A DNA stretch of 64,000 nt from Candidatus Latescibacterota bacterium (GTDB taxonomy: Bacteria > Latescibacterota > UBA2968 > UBA8231). The DNA lies in assembly GCA_965219385.1 (NCBI GenBank), contig CBDCNM010000002.1, positions 220,639 to 284,638 of the forward strand, in the 5' to 3' direction. Below are positions 19,797-31,163 of the stretch, one piece after another. Under the pieces are notes generated by a model that was given only the letters and a program-made list of their open reading frames with translations, ran no database searches and was not told the origin of the DNA. The first letter of the stretch is position 1. Each line of letters starts with the position of its first letter. Made by a program: the position numbers and the translations under genes.

Positions 19797-21809
19797 ATGA
19801 ACCAAAATGACTCAAGTTCGATTCGCTTTGCCCAGATGGTGGAATCCTCCGACGAATCCGTGTACCAGATCCGCACCCGGGCTCCCGGCCCCGAGGGCCG
19901 TCTGCCCCTGCAGATAGAGCAGGTCGTAGATGCCCCCAGCGGCGATATCTTCGGGTACAGCCAGAACGCGGGTATGGGCTGGAGCCCGGATCAACTGGGT
20001 CGCAGGGAATTTCTCATCCTCAGCACCATGGGGGGGGTGCGCGCTCCCGATGGCCGGCCGATTGCCCTGGGCTACCACACCGGGCACTGGGAAGTGGGGC
20101 TTCTGGTGGAAGCGGCGGCGGCAGAGATCCAGCGCCTGGGCGGCATACCCTTTGCCGGCCATTGTTCGGATCCGTGCGACGGCCGCTCCCAAGGCACGAC
20201 CGGTATGTTCGACAGTCTGCCCTACCGCAACGACGCGGCCATGGTCCTGGGCCGGCTGATCCGCTCGTTGCCGACCCGCAAGGGAGTCATGGGGGTGGGC
20301 ACCTGTGACAAGGGCCTGCCGGCCGTAATGATTGCCCTGGCCGGGGCGCGCGATCTGCCGGTGATTGCGGTGCCCGGCGGGGTGACTCTGCCGCCCGAGC
20401 GCGGAGAGGATGCCGGTAGTATCCAGTCGGTGGGGGTGCGTCTGGCGCACGGCGAGATGACTATGGAGGAGGTCAACGACCTGGGGTGCCGGGCCTGTGC
20501 CACCGCCGGAGGAGGCTGCCAGTTTCTGGGCACGGCGGCGACCTCGCAGGTGGTGGTGGAAGCCCTGGGACTGTCCCTGCCGCACGCGGCCTTGGCGCCT
20601 TCGGGCGAGGAGGCGTGGCGCGATATGGCCCGGCGTTCGGGCCGTGCTTTGATGGCCCTGGAGGAGGCTGGTATCCCATCCAACCAGATTCTCACCGACG
20701 CGGCCTTGCACAACGCCATGGTCACCCACGCGGCTTTTGGCGGTTCGACCAACCTGATTCTGCACATACCGGCCATCGCCCATGCCGCCGGGCGGCGGCG
20801 TCCCACCGTGGAGGACTGGAACCGGGTCAACCGCCAGGTGCCGCGCCTGGTCGATGTATTGCCGAACGGTCCGGAGTACCACGTGACGGTGCGGGCTTTT
20901 CTGGCCGGTGGGGTGCCCGAGGCCATGCTGCATCTGCGGCGTCTGGGGCTGCTCGAAGAGGAGGCATTGACGGCAACGGGAAAGACCCTGGGCGAGAACC
21001 TGGATTGGTGGGAGGGCAGCCAAAGGCGGCAGCGATTCCGCCGGAAGCTGCAGGAGTTGGACGGGGTCAATCCCGACGACGTCATCATGGACCCGGCCCG
21101 GGCCCGGGCCAAAGGCCTGACCAGCACCGTGTGTTTTCCAACCGGCAATCTGGCTCCGGAAGGATCGGTGGTCAAGAGCACGGCCATCGCTCCTTCGGTA
21201 GTGGACCCGGATGGAATCTACCGGCACAGGGGGCCGGCCAGGATTTTCACTACCGAGAAGGCGGCCATGGCGGCGATAAAAGGGCAGGAGATTCGTCCCG
21301 GGGATGTGATGGTATTGCTCGGCCGCGGACCCATGGGCACGGGCATGGAGGAAATAGCCCAGGTCACCATCGCCCTCAAGTACCTCGAGTTCGGCAAGCA
21401 GGTAGCGGTGCTTACGGATGCGCGTTTCTCAGGGTTTTCCACCGGGGCCTGCATCGGCCATATCGGACCCGAGGCCCTGGCCGGCGGTCCGATCGGCAAA
21501 CTGGTCGAGGGCGATATCATCGAGGTCTTCATCGACTGCGAGAACCTGCGTGGCCGCATCGATCTGGTGGGTCACAAAGACGAGACGTTTAGTCCTGAAA
21601 CAGGGGAACAGGTGCTGGGACAGCGTCCCCTGCGTCCCGACCTGGCCCCGGAAGAAGAGTTGCCGGACCATACCCGGCTGTGGGCCGCCCTGCAAAATGT
21701 GGGCGGTGGAACCTGGAGCGGGTGCGTCTACGATGTCGATGCCATCGTAGAGACCCTGGAGGCGGGTCGGGAAAGTCTGGCAGTTAGGAAGGCCAAAGAT
21801 CCCTCATGA
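19797..21809 (+). CDS. YjhG/YagF-type sugar-acid (D-xylonate) dehydratase, IlvD/Edd family
   Basis: [49 protein letters not shown]. Confidence 0.9.
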   Translation: MNQNDSSSIRFAQMVESSDESVYQIRTRAPGPEGRLPLQIEQVVDAPSGDIFGYSQNAGMGWSPDQLGRREFLILSTMGGVRAPDGRPIALGYHTGHWEVGLLVEAAAAEIQRLGGIPFAGHCSDPCDGRSQGTTGMFDSLPYRNDAAMVLGRLIRSLPTRKGVMGVGTCDKGLPAVMIALAGARDLPVIAVPGGVTLPPERGEDAGSIQSVGVRLAHGEMTMEEVNDLGCRACATAGGGCQFLGTAATSQVVVEALGLSLPHAALAPSGEEAWRDMARRSGRALMALEEAGIPSNQILTDAALHNAMVTHAAFGGSTNLILHIPAIAHAAGRRRPTVEDWNRVNRQVPRLVDVLPNGPEYHVTVRAFLAGGVPEAMLHLRRLGLLEEEALTATGKTLGENLDWWEGSQRRQRFRRKLQELDGVNPDDVIMDPARARAKGLTSTVCFPTGNLAPEGSVVKSTAIAPSVVDPDGIYRHRGPARIFTTEKAAMAAIKGQEIRPGDVMVLLGRGPMGTGMEEIAQVTIALKYLEFGKQVAVLTDARFSGFSTGACIGHIGPEALAGGPIGKLVEGDIIEVFIDCENLRGRIDLVGHKDETFSPETGEQVLGQRPLRPDLAPEEELPDHTRLWAALQNVGGGTWSGCVYDVDAIVETLEAGRESLAVRKAKDPS

Positions 21810-22438
21810 CTTCATCGGTCAAGCAGATTGTCGTTGCGGTCACCGGCGCCAGTGGGGCGATTTACGCCGGCCGTTTGCTCCGCGCTTTGCTGGTGCAGGG
21901 GCACGGAGTCCATCTGGTGCTCTCCAAGTACGGGCGCTACCTCCTCCACGAGGAGTTGGGCTTCAGGCCCGACAAGGAGTCGGTGCTGGAATTTCTGGAG
22001 CGGCTCTACGGGGCTCAGGTGCGCAATGGCCCCCTCCGCAAGTACGGTATCAACGATCTGGCCTGCACCATCGCCAGCGGCTCAGTAGCGGTGGATGGCA
22101 TGGCGGTCGTGCCCTGTTCGGTCAAGACGCTGGCGGGGATCGCCCACGGGAGCTCGGCCAATTTGATCGAGCGGGCCGCGGATGTGACCCTGAAGGAGCG
22201 CCGGCCCCTGATCCTGGTACCGCGCGAGACCCCGCTCAACCTGATCCAGTTGCGCAACCTGACGCTTGTAGCCGAAGCCGGAGCTATTGTCCTGCCCGCT
22301 ATGCCGGCCTTCTATCAAAAACCCAAAACCTTTGAGGATCTGGGTGACTTCATCGCGGGACGCGTGTGCAACCTGCTCCACATTGACCATCATCTCTTTC
22401 CATCCTGGCCCGGGGCAAAGGAGCTGCGGGAGGAGTGA
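21806..22438 (+). CDS. ubiX: Flavin prenyltransferase
   Basis: [42 protein letters not shown]. Confidence 0.95.
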   Translation: MTSSVKQIVVAVTGASGAIYAGRLLRALLVQGHGVHLVLSKYGRYLLHEELGFRPDKESVLEFLERLYGAQVRNGPLRKYGINDLACTIASGSVAVDGMAVVPCSVKTLAGIAHGSSANLIERAADVTLKERRPLILVPRETPLNLIQLRNLTLVAEAGAIVLPAMPAFYQKPKTFEDLGDFIAGRVCNLLHIDHHLFPSWPGAKELREE

Positions 22439-22577
22439 ATCAGAGGGCAGCACAGACGCGAACACAAGATGTAGAAATCGGGAGTGATGGGAAAGAGATG
22501 CGGGCGGATTGAAAAAGGGGAAATTTTTACAGCCGGGCAGCGAAGAAAATTCCCATCGAAATAGTGGGAGCGAAACA

Positions 22578-23597
22578 ATGCACATTCTTGTAACCGGCGG
22601 TGCAGGTTATATCGGCAGTCATACCTGCCTGGCACTTTTGCAGGCAGGCCATCAAGTTGTCGTGGTGGACAACCTGGTCAACAGCAGGGAAGAACCGCTG
22701 AAGAGGGTGCAGGAAATCACCGGCAAGACGCTGGAATTCCATCCGGTCGACCTGCTCGACAAACCTGCTTTGAACGCGGTCTTTGCCCGCGCTAAAGTGG
22801 AGGCCGTGATCCACTTCGCCGGCCTTAAATCCGTAGGAGAATCCGTGGAAATCCCCCTGCGCTATTACCAAAACAACCTCATCGGCACTCTGGTGCTGTG
22901 CGAGGTCATGGACAGGCACGAGGTGAAAAACCTGGTTTTCAGCTCCTCGGCCACGGTGTACGGCGATCCTCACGAAGTGCCGATCGGAGAGGATTTTCCC
23001 CTTTCTGTAACCAACCCCTATGGCCGCACCAAATTGATGATCGAAGAGATTCTGCGCGATTTGTACGTGGCCTCCGAGAGGTGGAGTATCGCTCTTTTGC
23101 GCTATTTCAATCCGGTCGGCGCCCATGCCAGCGGACGCCTAGGAGAAGACCCCCAGGGGGTCCCCAACAATCTACTTCCCTACATCTCTCAGGTCGCCGT
23201 GGGCAAGCGTACCGAACTCCTGGTTTTCGGCGACGACTATCCCACCCCTGATGGTACGGGTGTGCGCGATTACATTCACGTAGTCGATCTGGCTCGGGGC
23301 CATCTCAAAGCCCTGGAAAGACTCATCGCCAATCCCGGCGTCGCTACCTACAATCTCGGTACGGGACGTGGATACAGCGTCCTGGAAATGATCGCGGCGT
23401 TTGAAAAAACCTCGGGCAGGGAGGTCCCCTATAAAGTCGTCGGTCGCCGCTCCGGGGATATCGCCACATGTTATGCGGATCCGTCCCTGGCCAGGCGGGA
23501 ACTGGGCTGGTCGGCCGCGCGCGGCATCGACGAGATGTGCGCTGATGCATGGCGCTGGCAGGTCGACAATCCGGATGGTTTTTCAGACGGCTGCTGA
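22578..23597 (+). CDS. galE: UDP-glucose 4-epimerase
   Basis: [47 protein letters not shown]. Confidence 0.96.
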   Translation: MHILVTGGAGYIGSHTCLALLQAGHQVVVVDNLVNSREEPLKRVQEITGKTLEFHPVDLLDKPALNAVFARAKVEAVIHFAGLKSVGESVEIPLRYYQNNLIGTLVLCEVMDRHEVKNLVFSSSATVYGDPHEVPIGEDFPLSVTNPYGRTKLMIEEILRDLYVASERWSIALLRYFNPVGAHASGRLGEDPQGVPNNLLPYISQVAVGKRTELLVFGDDYPTPDGTGVRDYIHVVDLARGHLKALERLIANPGVATYNLGTGRGYSVLEMIAAFEKTSGREVPYKVVGRRSGDIATCYADPSLARRELGWSAARGIDEMCADAWRWQVDNPDGFSDGC

Positions 23598-23630
23598 ATG
23601 TAGATACATATCCTTTGCAAGGCAAGGCAC

Positions 23631-24305
23631 ATGGACGCAACGATCTCTTTTATCGTCAGCGACCTGCACTTGGGTTCAGAGCACTTCCACCACCAGAACT
23701 TCCTGTCCTGGCTCGACGGATTGCCCCGCGATGCCCGGCTGATTCTCAACGGCGATACCATTGACGATACACGGCAGCCTCTTTGTCCGGAGCACCAGGC
23801 CGTGCTGGTACGGCTGGTGCGCGAGTCTTACCAGCGTCCGCTCATCTGGGTCTACGGCAACCACGATGCCGGTCTGATCCTGGAGGATCCCGGCCAGATC
23901 CGCTTTGTGCAACACTGGGAGATCGGTCGGCGTCTGCTGGTCGTGCACGGAGATAGTTTTGACCAGCTCATGCCCCGCCACGGTCTTTTCAGAACCTTAT
24001 TCAAGCTCTTTCATCGCCTGCGCATAGCCCTGGGCTTCCGCAATGTGCACGTGGCCCAATACGCCAAGAAGTGGGATTTCCTCTACCGGGTCCTGAACCG
24101 GCACGTTGCGCACAATGCCCTGGGAACAGCCGGGGGACGGGGGTTTCAGGCGGTAACCTGCGGACACACCCATGCGGTCATGGCCCTGGAGCAGGACGGA
24201 GTACGCTACCTCAACACTGGAGCCTGGACCGAGGAACCCCTCTGCTATATCGTAGTCAATCCAGCCACAATCGATCTGCGCCAGTACCAGGACGCCAGGG
24301 ACTGA
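23631..24305 (+). CDS. Calcineurin-like metallophosphoesterase (LpxH-like)
   Basis: SDLH, NGD, GNHD, HGD, CGHTH, NTGAW. Confidence 0.85.
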   Translation: MDATISFIVSDLHLGSEHFHHQNFLSWLDGLPRDARLILNGDTIDDTRQPLCPEHQAVLVRLVRESYQRPLIWVYGNHDAGLILEDPGQIRFVQHWEIGRRLLVVHGDSFDQLMPRHGLFRTLFKLFHRLRIALGFRNVHVAQYAKKWDFLYRVLNRHVAHNALGTAGGRGFQAVTCGHTHAVMALEQDGVRYLNTGAWTEEPLCYIVVNPATIDLRQYQDARD

Positions 24306-26584
24306 TGGGACGGTGTGCCCCATACTGGACGGCATTCGCCTGTTTTTTGCTGGTAGCGGAGGGTAGTGGGGCGGCGGAATTTGGCTGGCCCCTGGCGGTT
24401 AAACCGGCCCTATCCTCGACCTTTGGAGAAACCCGTCCCACAGCTTTTCACGCCGGTGTCGATCTCAAGACCTGGGGCAAAACCGGTTGCGAGGTCCGGG
24501 CCCTCGGCGCCGGGCAGGTGTGGCGTTTGCGAACCTCTCCCTGGGGCTACGGTCGCGTGGTCTATCAGAAATTGGAAGACGGCCGCATCCTGGTCTACGC
24601 CCACCTGCAAGGCTTTGCACCCAAACTGGCCCAGAGGGTGAAACAAGCTCAGCGGCAAAAGCAGCGCTATAGTGTAGATGTCTGGTTTGAGGAAGGAGAA
24701 CTGCCGCTGCAGGCCGGGGAAATCATTGCCTGGACCGGCAAGAGCGGTGCTGGTCCGCCCCACTTGCACCTGGAACTGCGCAACCAGGACAATGTTCCGG
24801 TCAATCCCCTGGTACACGGCTTTGCGATCGAGGATGCAATAGCGCCCACCCTCCAGCGCATCGCCCTGCTTCCCTTCGGCCTGGAGAGCACGGTCGAAGG
24901 GAAGCACGAGGCCGCGTCCGTGGGCCTGAGTTGGAGCCGCGATCACGGGTACTTTAAAACTCCCGAAGTCCTCTCGGTATACGGGCGGATCGGGGTGAGC
25001 GTACTGGGGTACGACCGCACCGATGCAGCCACCAACAAGCTGGCGCCTTATCGCCATACCCTGATTGTGGATGGGCGTCCGGTATTTGCCACGGCCTACG
25101 ACCGGATCCCCTACTCCGACGGCCACCAGGTCTTCCTGGATCGCATGCGGCTGGAATATCCTGGAGGAGCCGGTCGTTTTTACAACCTCTTCCTGCCGCG
25201 GGGCAATCGCCTGAGTTTTTACGAACGCATCTCAGGGGGAGATGGTTTGCTGCACTGTGGTGCCGGGAGCGGGGCGATCTTCCTGGAAAAGGGCTTGCAC
25301 CAGCTAGTGGTAGAATCCGAGGATGTGACCGGCAATAAAAGCCGGGCCCTCCTTTACATAAAGGTAAACGCTCCTCCTTCCATCGGTCCGCTGCAACTCG
25401 ACGAGGAGGAGGGAGGTCATTTTTTGCGCGCGGCACTAAGAGACGCCGACGACAGCCATCTGGAGGTAGAACTGGCCCGTTCCAGCCGCGGCGAGAAATG
25501 GGAGATCGTGGAGAGGGGGCAGGTACGCCCTTCCTCTTCTGAGTCCATGCGGTGGCGGCTGTCCTCAGGAGCGGCTTTGTGGCGCTTGCTGGTGCGGGAT
25601 GGCGCGGGGGGAGAAAACTTCAGGACCTGTGTTGTGCCCTGGCGCGAAACAGGTGAAAACTTCCCGAGCCTGGTCATAGAGCGCAGGGCGCACCCCGATT
25701 TAGTGGAGTTGATGCTCCGTTTTGATCAGGTACTGAGAAAGACGCCCCGGATCCAGGTGCAAGACGGTTCGCGTCGTTATATCCTGCTGCCCCGACAGAT
25801 GGGCTTGAAAGAATACCGGGGGGCCATCCCGCTGCGTCCGAACGGGGCCTCGACCTTGAAAGTGACTGTGCGAGCTCAAACTGTGAGCGGGACGCAGATG
25901 GAGGAAAAGCTGAGCCTTGCCCAGCAGCCCATTGTCCCCGGTAGGGAGACGCGGATGGAATGGGACAACGGCCAGGTCCAACTGCGGGTTCCCCGCAACA
26001 GTGCCTACGAGATGCTCTTTCCCCAGGCCGAGCCCATCTCGCCCACAGGCACGGAGCACCTGGTGGGCACCGGGATAGGTTACGCTTTCGGCCCGGATGG
26101 AGCCAGTTTCGACCGCAAGGTAGAGCTGGCGTTGCGCTACCCTGAGGGCACCCAAAATCCGGAGAAGCTGGGAATCTACAGGGAGGGCAGCGATGGGCGC
26201 TGGCGGTTTGTGGACAATGAACTGGATCTGAGGCAGCGACGGGTGAGCGCCCAGGTCCGGCGGTTTTCCCGCTATGCGCTCATGGGGGATGTGAAGCCGC
26301 CTGTCATTGACCGCGTACAGCCGCCTTCCGGCGCTGTGGTCGAGACCCGGCAGCCGCGCCTGGGGGCCTGGATCCGCGACCGGGGATCGGGGATCGGCCG
26401 GGAGGAAGACGTGGTTTTGGAACTGGACGGGAAACCCTTGATCAGCACCTACGATCCAGAGGAGCACACGGTGGAATACCTGGTGGAGGAGGACCTGAGG
26501 CCGGGATCCCATCGCCTGGTGGTCCGGGTGCGGGACAACAGCGGCAACCGGGCCTCTATCCGGAGCGATTTTGTGGTCGAGTGA
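24305..26584 (+). CDS. Secreted M23-family metallopeptidase with long C-terminal extension
   Basis: Signal peptide; HAGVD, YAHL, GPPHLHLE motifs; ATG overlaps the upstream TGA. Confidence 0.85.
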   Translation: MGRCAPYWTAFACFLLVAEGSGAAEFGWPLAVKPALSSTFGETRPTAFHAGVDLKTWGKTGCEVRALGAGQVWRLRTSPWGYGRVVYQKLEDGRILVYAHLQGFAPKLAQRVKQAQRQKQRYSVDVWFEEGELPLQAGEIIAWTGKSGAGPPHLHLELRNQDNVPVNPLVHGFAIEDAIAPTLQRIALLPFGLESTVEGKHEAASVGLSWSRDHGYFKTPEVLSVYGRIGVSVLGYDRTDAATNKLAPYRHTLIVDGRPVFATAYDRIPYSDGHQVFLDRMRLEYPGGAGRFYNLFLPRGNRLSFYERISGGDGLLHCGAGSGAIFLEKGLHQLVVESEDVTGNKSRALLYIKVNAPPSIGPLQLDEEEGGHFLRAALRDADDSHLEVELARSSRGEKWEIVERGQVRPSSSESMRWRLSSGAALWRLLVRDGAGGENFRTCVVPWRETGENFPSLVIERRAHPDLVELMLRFDQVLRKTPRIQVQDGSRRYILLPRQMGLKEYRGAIPLRPNGASTLKVTVRAQTVSGTQMEEKLSLAQQPIVPGRETRMEWDNGQVQLRVPRNSAYEMLFPQAEPISPTGTEHLVGTGIGYAFGPDGASFDRKVELALRYPEGTQNPEKLGIYREGSDGRWRFVDNELDLRQRRVSAQVRRFSRYALMGDVKPPVIDRVQPPSGAVVETRQPRLGAWIRDRGSGIGREEDVVLELDGKPLISTYDPEEHTVEYLVEEDLRPGSHRLVVRVRDNSGNRASIRSDFVVE

Positions 26585-26652
26585 GCCCTAGGGTCCCCCC
26601 GACCTCGGGGCGAGTTGTTCCTGGAGATAGGCGAAGACCTTGGTCGGCATTT

Positions 26653-27456
26653 TTAGTCCCGCTGTCCATTCAGGGCTTCGACGATCTGTCCGGCCATGTG
26701 TTCGAGGGCCTGAGCGGCGGGGGATTCAGGAAAGGCCTGCACCAGGGGGGTTCCGGCATCGGCGCTTGCGCGCATCCGTGGGTCGAGCGGGACCTGTCCG
26801 AGGAGGGGCACACCAAAGGCCCGGGCGGTTTGCTCGCCGCCGCCTTCTCCAAAAATTGCGCTGGTTTGCTGGCACCTGGAACAGACAAAATAGCTCATAT
26901 TCTCAATCAGGCCGAGGATGGGGACTTCGGTCTGGCGAAACATCTCGACCCCGCGGCGCACGTCTTCCAGGGCAATGGCGGATGGGGTCGTAATGATGAC
27001 CGCACCGGTCAGGGGAGCGACCTGGGTCAGGGTGATCTGGACGTCGCCGGTGCCCGGGGGCAGGTCCAGGACCAGGATGTCGATCGCGCCCCACTCCACC
27101 TTAAAGAGGAACTGGCTTACCATTTTGGCCAGCATGGGCCCCCGCCAGATAATCGGAGTGCCCGGATCGATGAGCAGCCCCATGGAGATGGCTTTGAGGT
27201 CGTGGATGCGAGGCGGCAGCAGACGTTGGGATTCTCCGGCTACCTCGGGTTTGTCTGTAAGTCCCAGTATACCCGGGATATTGGGCCCGTATATGTCGGT
27301 ATCCATAAGGCCGACCTTGAGACCCTGTCGGGCCATGGCCACGGCCAGATTGGCACTGAGGGTGGATTTGCCCACCCCGCCCTTGCCACTGGACACGGCT
27401 AGCATATCTTTTACGCCGGGAATGGGTTGACGATCGTGGGTTTGTACCGTAGTCAT
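26653..27456 (-). CDS. mrp: Mrp/ApbC (NBP35) Fe-S cluster carrier ATPase
   Basis: SGKGGVGKST, WRGPM, DLPPGTGD, ENMSYFVCSRC. Confidence 0.93.
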   Translation of the reverse strand: MTTVQTHDRQPIPGVKDMLAVSSGKGGVGKSTLSANLAVAMARQGLKVGLMDTDIYGPNIPGILGLTDKPEVAGESQRLLPPRIHDLKAISMGLLIDPGTPIIWRGPMLAKMVSQFLFKVEWGAIDILVLDLPPGTGDVQITLTQVAPLTGAVIITTPSAIALEDVRRGVEMFRQTEVPILGLIENMSYFVCSRCQQTSAIFGEGGGEQTARAFGVPLLGQVPLDPRMRASADAGTPLVQAFPESPAAQALEHMAGQIVEALNGQRD

Positions 27457-27560
27457 GGGAACCGCCGGAGGGTTTGGAGATTATAATAAGGTGTATAGAA
27501 TATCTGTTCTGTCCGGACACTGCAAGTACTGAGGTTCCATTCACAGTTGGGAAGGCTGCA

Positions 27561-28424
27561 ATGATGCTCCCTGTATATGCCCTGCTGGCCGTACTCGCGC
27601 TCGAGGGCTGCACCAATGTGTCGAGTATGCAGAAGAAGTACGAAGCCGGGGATGTGAAACAACTGGACAAGCTCATGGAGATTGTCGCGCGTCCAGACTA
27701 CCCTTATGCCACGCGCAGACGGGCGGCCAGGGCCCTGGGCGAGATCGGCGATCCCCGGTCCGTGCCCGTACTGATCGGCGCGCTCAACGACTACGATCAG
27801 CGCACCACCCTCAAGAAAGAGGCCCTGGAGGGATTGGGGCGGATCGGCGACACCACGGCGGTGGGGCCGATCGGCCGTTTGCTGGACTACTCCCTGAGGG
27901 AGGACAACGCCGAGTTGCGGATGGCGGCTATTCCAGTGTTGGGGAATCTGGGGGGGCGTAGAGCGGCCCAGATTCTGGTCAATGCCCTGCGCTGGTACGA
28001 CGTCCTCACGCTCCGGGAGGAGCAGCGCACCCGGCGCGGAATCTACAGTGGGGAGGAACTTCCCGATCCCTACCTGTACGGAGCCGGGCGGACCGATTCG
28101 CTGGGCCGACAGGTGGGGGATCCATCCGTGGGGCTATTTCCGCAACAACGAGGTGGTGGTGGTTTCTTCGGCCTGGATTCGAGGTTTCTGGTGCAGGAGG
28201 CCTACAATCCCACCCCGGAGGAGCGGCAGCTTACCCACGCGGCTCTGGTGCGCACGGGAAAGGTGGCATTACCCGTGATCGAGGAGTACCTGACCAACAA
28301 GGAGTCCACCCCCACCCTCAAACAGGAGCTTCTGGCCATCATCGCCGAAATCCAACATCCGGGGGAAAGTCCGGCGGATTCGAGTCAAGTGGTTCCCCCA
28401 CCCTCTAATCAAGAGGATGGTTGA
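27561..28424 (+). CDS. HEAT-repeat lipoprotein
   Basis: Lipobox LEGC; repeated AARALGEIGD / ALEGLGRIGD / AAIPVLGNLG. Confidence 0.8.
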   Translation: MMLPVYALLAVLALEGCTNVSSMQKKYEAGDVKQLDKLMEIVARPDYPYATRRRAARALGEIGDPRSVPVLIGALNDYDQRTTLKKEALEGLGRIGDTTAVGPIGRLLDYSLREDNAELRMAAIPVLGNLGGRRAAQILVNALRWYDVLTLREEQRTRRGIYSGEELPDPYLYGAGRTDSLGRQVGDPSVGLFPQQRGGGGFFGLDSRFLVQEAYNPTPEERQLTHAALVRTGKVALPVIEEYLTNKESTPTLKQELLAIIAEIQHPGESPADSSQVVPPPSNQEDG

Positions 28425-28449
28425 CAAAAATAGGGCGATCTTCTATAAT
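28421..28449 (+). promoter_or_regulatory. Perfect-consensus sigma70 promoter
   Basis: TTGACA-17bp-TATAAT. Confidence 0.85.
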
Positions 28450-28502
28450 AGGACGATTCCCGACTGCACAGGATGGATTTTTTCAAGTTTTTAAATGGTC
28501 GT

Positions 28503-29279
28503 ATGAGCAAGGACATCAACGCGATTCTCGAAGGTTGGGAGTACGTTCCCGCCGAATTGAAGGTGCGAAAAATCGAAGGCAACGACGGCCAGGCCAAGGT
28601 GCAGATCCGCATGGATCTGGGCCTTATGCAATTGGAATGGACCGGACGACCCGACGCATCCCAACCCCATGGTTGCGCTTCTCTACTGGACTACTACCAG
28701 GAGAAGTACCGGAACTGGAAATCAGAGGGGCGAGTCGGGGCTTTTACCCTGTCGCGCGCAGACTGCTGGGTCCTGGCACAGGAGGCCTTGCAGTACTACT
28801 GGCGTCGCATCGGCTTTTTTGGCTTGAAGGAATACGAGCGGGCCGAGCAAGACGCAGAGCACAACCTGGCTATCCTGGATATGTGCCAGGAGTTTGCCGA
28901 ATGCGAAGAAGACCAGCAGATTGCCCGGCATTACCGCGTCTTTGTAAAGGCCCATCGCATACAGGCCCGGGCTCTGGCCCTGCTGGAGCACCAGGACTAC
29001 GATGGAGCCCTGGCGCAGATTAGAGAGGGGATCCAGGAAATCGAGGAGATACTGGAGCAACAGGGACAGTTCGAACCTTTGGAGGAGTCGCCCGAGTTGC
29101 TCTATTTGCGAGAATGGGAGGCCGAGGTCAAACGTGCCCGGCCGCTCTCCCTCAAGGAGCAGTTAAACGCGGATTTACAGGCCGCCGTAGAGCAGGAAAA
29201 ATTCGAACTGGCGGCCTCACTGCGGGACCGCCTGCGCATCCTGGGGGCGGCTTCACCCACAAAGCGCCGCGATCTCTGA
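28503..29279 (+). CDS. Conserved protein with C-terminal UVR motif; paralog of 9694-10488
   Basis: MSKDINAILEGWEY, KVQIRMD, GRPD..PHG, C-terminal LQAAVEQEKFELAASLRDRL. Confidence 0.8.
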   Translation: MSKDINAILEGWEYVPAELKVRKIEGNDGQAKVQIRMDLGLMQLEWTGRPDASQPHGCASLLDYYQEKYRNWKSEGRVGAFTLSRADCWVLAQEALQYYWRRIGFFGLKEYERAEQDAEHNLAILDMCQEFAECEEDQQIARHYRVFVKAHRIQARALALLEHQDYDGALAQIREGIQEIEEILEQQGQFEPLEESPELLYLREWEAEVKRARPLSLKEQLNADLQAAVEQEKFELAASLRDRLRILGAASPTKRRDL

Positions 29280-29293
29280 GTGCGAAACGCCAT

Positions 29294-31078
29294 ATGCAGG
29301 AGGGCCATCGGGACAGGCCGAGCAGGATTGCTGGATCCTCTCGGCCCTTCTATTTGATTGGGTGCTGGGCGCTGATGGTCTGGGGGGTGGGAAGCTGCAG
29401 CCTAGTCAGGCAACAGCAAAGCCCTCACCTCGAGGTGGAGGTATTCCAGCCGGCCAGGCTGAGGTTGGGCAAAGACCGGTTGGAGCTACAGATTTTCAGC
29501 CCTGGTCGGCGCGCTCGAGCCCTGGTCGCCTATCTGGAACTGGAAGCGCCTTCGGGGAAGAGACTAGGATCCGAAGCCCAGTGGCAGGTGCCCGGGGGAG
29601 TGGCCAGTCGGTTCGAACTGGAGTTTCGGGTCCAGGAGCCGGGTCTTCATCGCGCCGATTTGAGGATCTACGAACCCGCGAGTGGTGACCTGGTATTCAG
29701 ACGGGAAGATCTGCACTTGCGGGTCTGGCCGCGGCTGGAATTTACCCACGACCGCTCGTACTATACCACCGAGGAGTTCATGCGGTTTCGGGCCCGGCTG
29801 CACGGGGTTGAGGAGGGGGTAAACAACCTGCAGGTGGAGTTGCGCGGCGACGCCATCTTTCACGAACAGGTCGAACGGGTTTTTCGCGGTAGCGAGGTAT
29901 ACGGCGACCTGTCGATGGCCTCCCTGCCCCCGGGAAGCTACACCTTGCAGGCCCGACTGAGCGGCGTCGAGGGGGTAGAAGATTCGGTTTCTCTGCAGGT
30001 CTACAAGTACCTCCCGGGCGAGCGGGAAATCAAGATAGACTTATTCACTCGGACGCTTCTGAGGGATGGGAAGCCTTTTTTTCCCATCGGTCTTTACTGG
30101 CTGCGCACCGAGGTGCTGGGAGAAGTCAGGCGGCTCCGCTTCAATGCCGGAGATTATTACTACAAGCTCCAGGCCGGGGAAATAGCCGAGTTGATGGACG
30201 CGGCGGCGCAGGAGGATGTCGCTATTCTCCTGGAACTGAGCGATTTTATCCGCCGCCAGGAAGAGCCCGATTACCGCGGCATCGAAGCGGTGATAAAGCG
30301 CTACCGCAACCATCCTGCTCTGCTGGCCTGGTACCTTATTGACGAGCCGGCCGAAACGGGCGTTGAACCAAGCCACACGCGGGAGATTTACGAACAAATC
30401 CGGGAACTGGATCCTTATCACCCGGTCTATTTAGTCAACAATCGGCCACATTTGTACGCGGCTCACATAGACGCCAGCGATATCCTGGGCATTGACGTAT
30501 ATCCCATCCCCAAGTACCCGATCACCCGGGTGCGGGAGTACATGCGGGAGGCGCACTGGAGTTCTCTGGGGCGCAAGCCGGTGTGGTTGATTGCCCAGGC
30601 TTTCGGCGGGGTGGAACACTGGCCCCGGGCCCCCACCCCGGCGGAGTTGCGCAACATGGTCTACCAGGGCCTGGTACAGGGAGCCAGCGGGGTGCTGTTT
30701 TACCGTTTCTGCCAGGAGGATGAACGTCATATTCAGCCCGCGGCCCTGTGGCGTGAGGTGCGGACCCTGGCGGTGGAATTGGCGGAATTGACGCCGGTTC
30801 TGGTGGCGCCTGATTGGAGCGGCCGGATTGATCAAAGGGTCGGAGAACCGGGTGTAGATATAATGATCAAACAGTATGAGAAGTCGTTTTACCTTTTTGT
30901 CGTCAACTACACCAGGACGCCGCAGCGGGTGCGTTTCAGCACCAGGGATTTGCCCCCTTTCAGTCGTGCACAAGCACTCTACAGGGCGTCGCGACTCCGC
31001 CGCCAAAACGGCTTGTTGGAAGCGAATCTGGCTCCTCTGGGGGTAGGGGTGTACCGACTGGAGTCGGCCGATATATAG
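29294..31078 (+). CDS. Probable lipoprotein with glycoside-hydrolase-like C-terminal barrel
   Basis: Hydrophobic stretch ending VGSC; DGKPFFPIGLY, HPALLAWYLIDEP, DVYP, PVWLIAQAF; start uncertain. Confidence 0.65.
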   Translation: MQEGHRDRPSRIAGSSRPFYLIGCWALMVWGVGSCSLVRQQQSPHLEVEVFQPARLRLGKDRLELQIFSPGRRARALVAYLELEAPSGKRLGSEAQWQVPGGVASRFELEFRVQEPGLHRADLRIYEPASGDLVFRREDLHLRVWPRLEFTHDRSYYTTEEFMRFRARLHGVEEGVNNLQVELRGDAIFHEQVERVFRGSEVYGDLSMASLPPGSYTLQARLSGVEGVEDSVSLQVYKYLPGEREIKIDLFTRTLLRDGKPFFPIGLYWLRTEVLGEVRRLRFNAGDYYYKLQAGEIAELMDAAAQEDVAILLELSDFIRRQEEPDYRGIEAVIKRYRNHPALLAWYLIDEPAETGVEPSHTREIYEQIRELDPYHPVYLVNNRPHLYAAHIDASDILGIDVYPIPKYPITRVREYMREAHWSSLGRKPVWLIAQAFGGVEHWPRAPTPAELRNMVYQGLVQGASGVLFYRFCQEDERHIQPAALWREVRTLAVELAELTPVLVAPDWSGRIDQRVGEPGVDIMIKQYEKSFYLFVVNYTRTPQRVRFSTRDLPPFSRAQALYRASRLRRQNGLLEANLAPLGVGVYRLESADI

Positions 31079-31163
31079 ACGATACATGCGCAAGTAAGGT
31101 GGAGTCAGGGGAGAAATCCAAACAGGGGATCAACACCAAGGGCTCTAAATAAAGAGAGGTATT

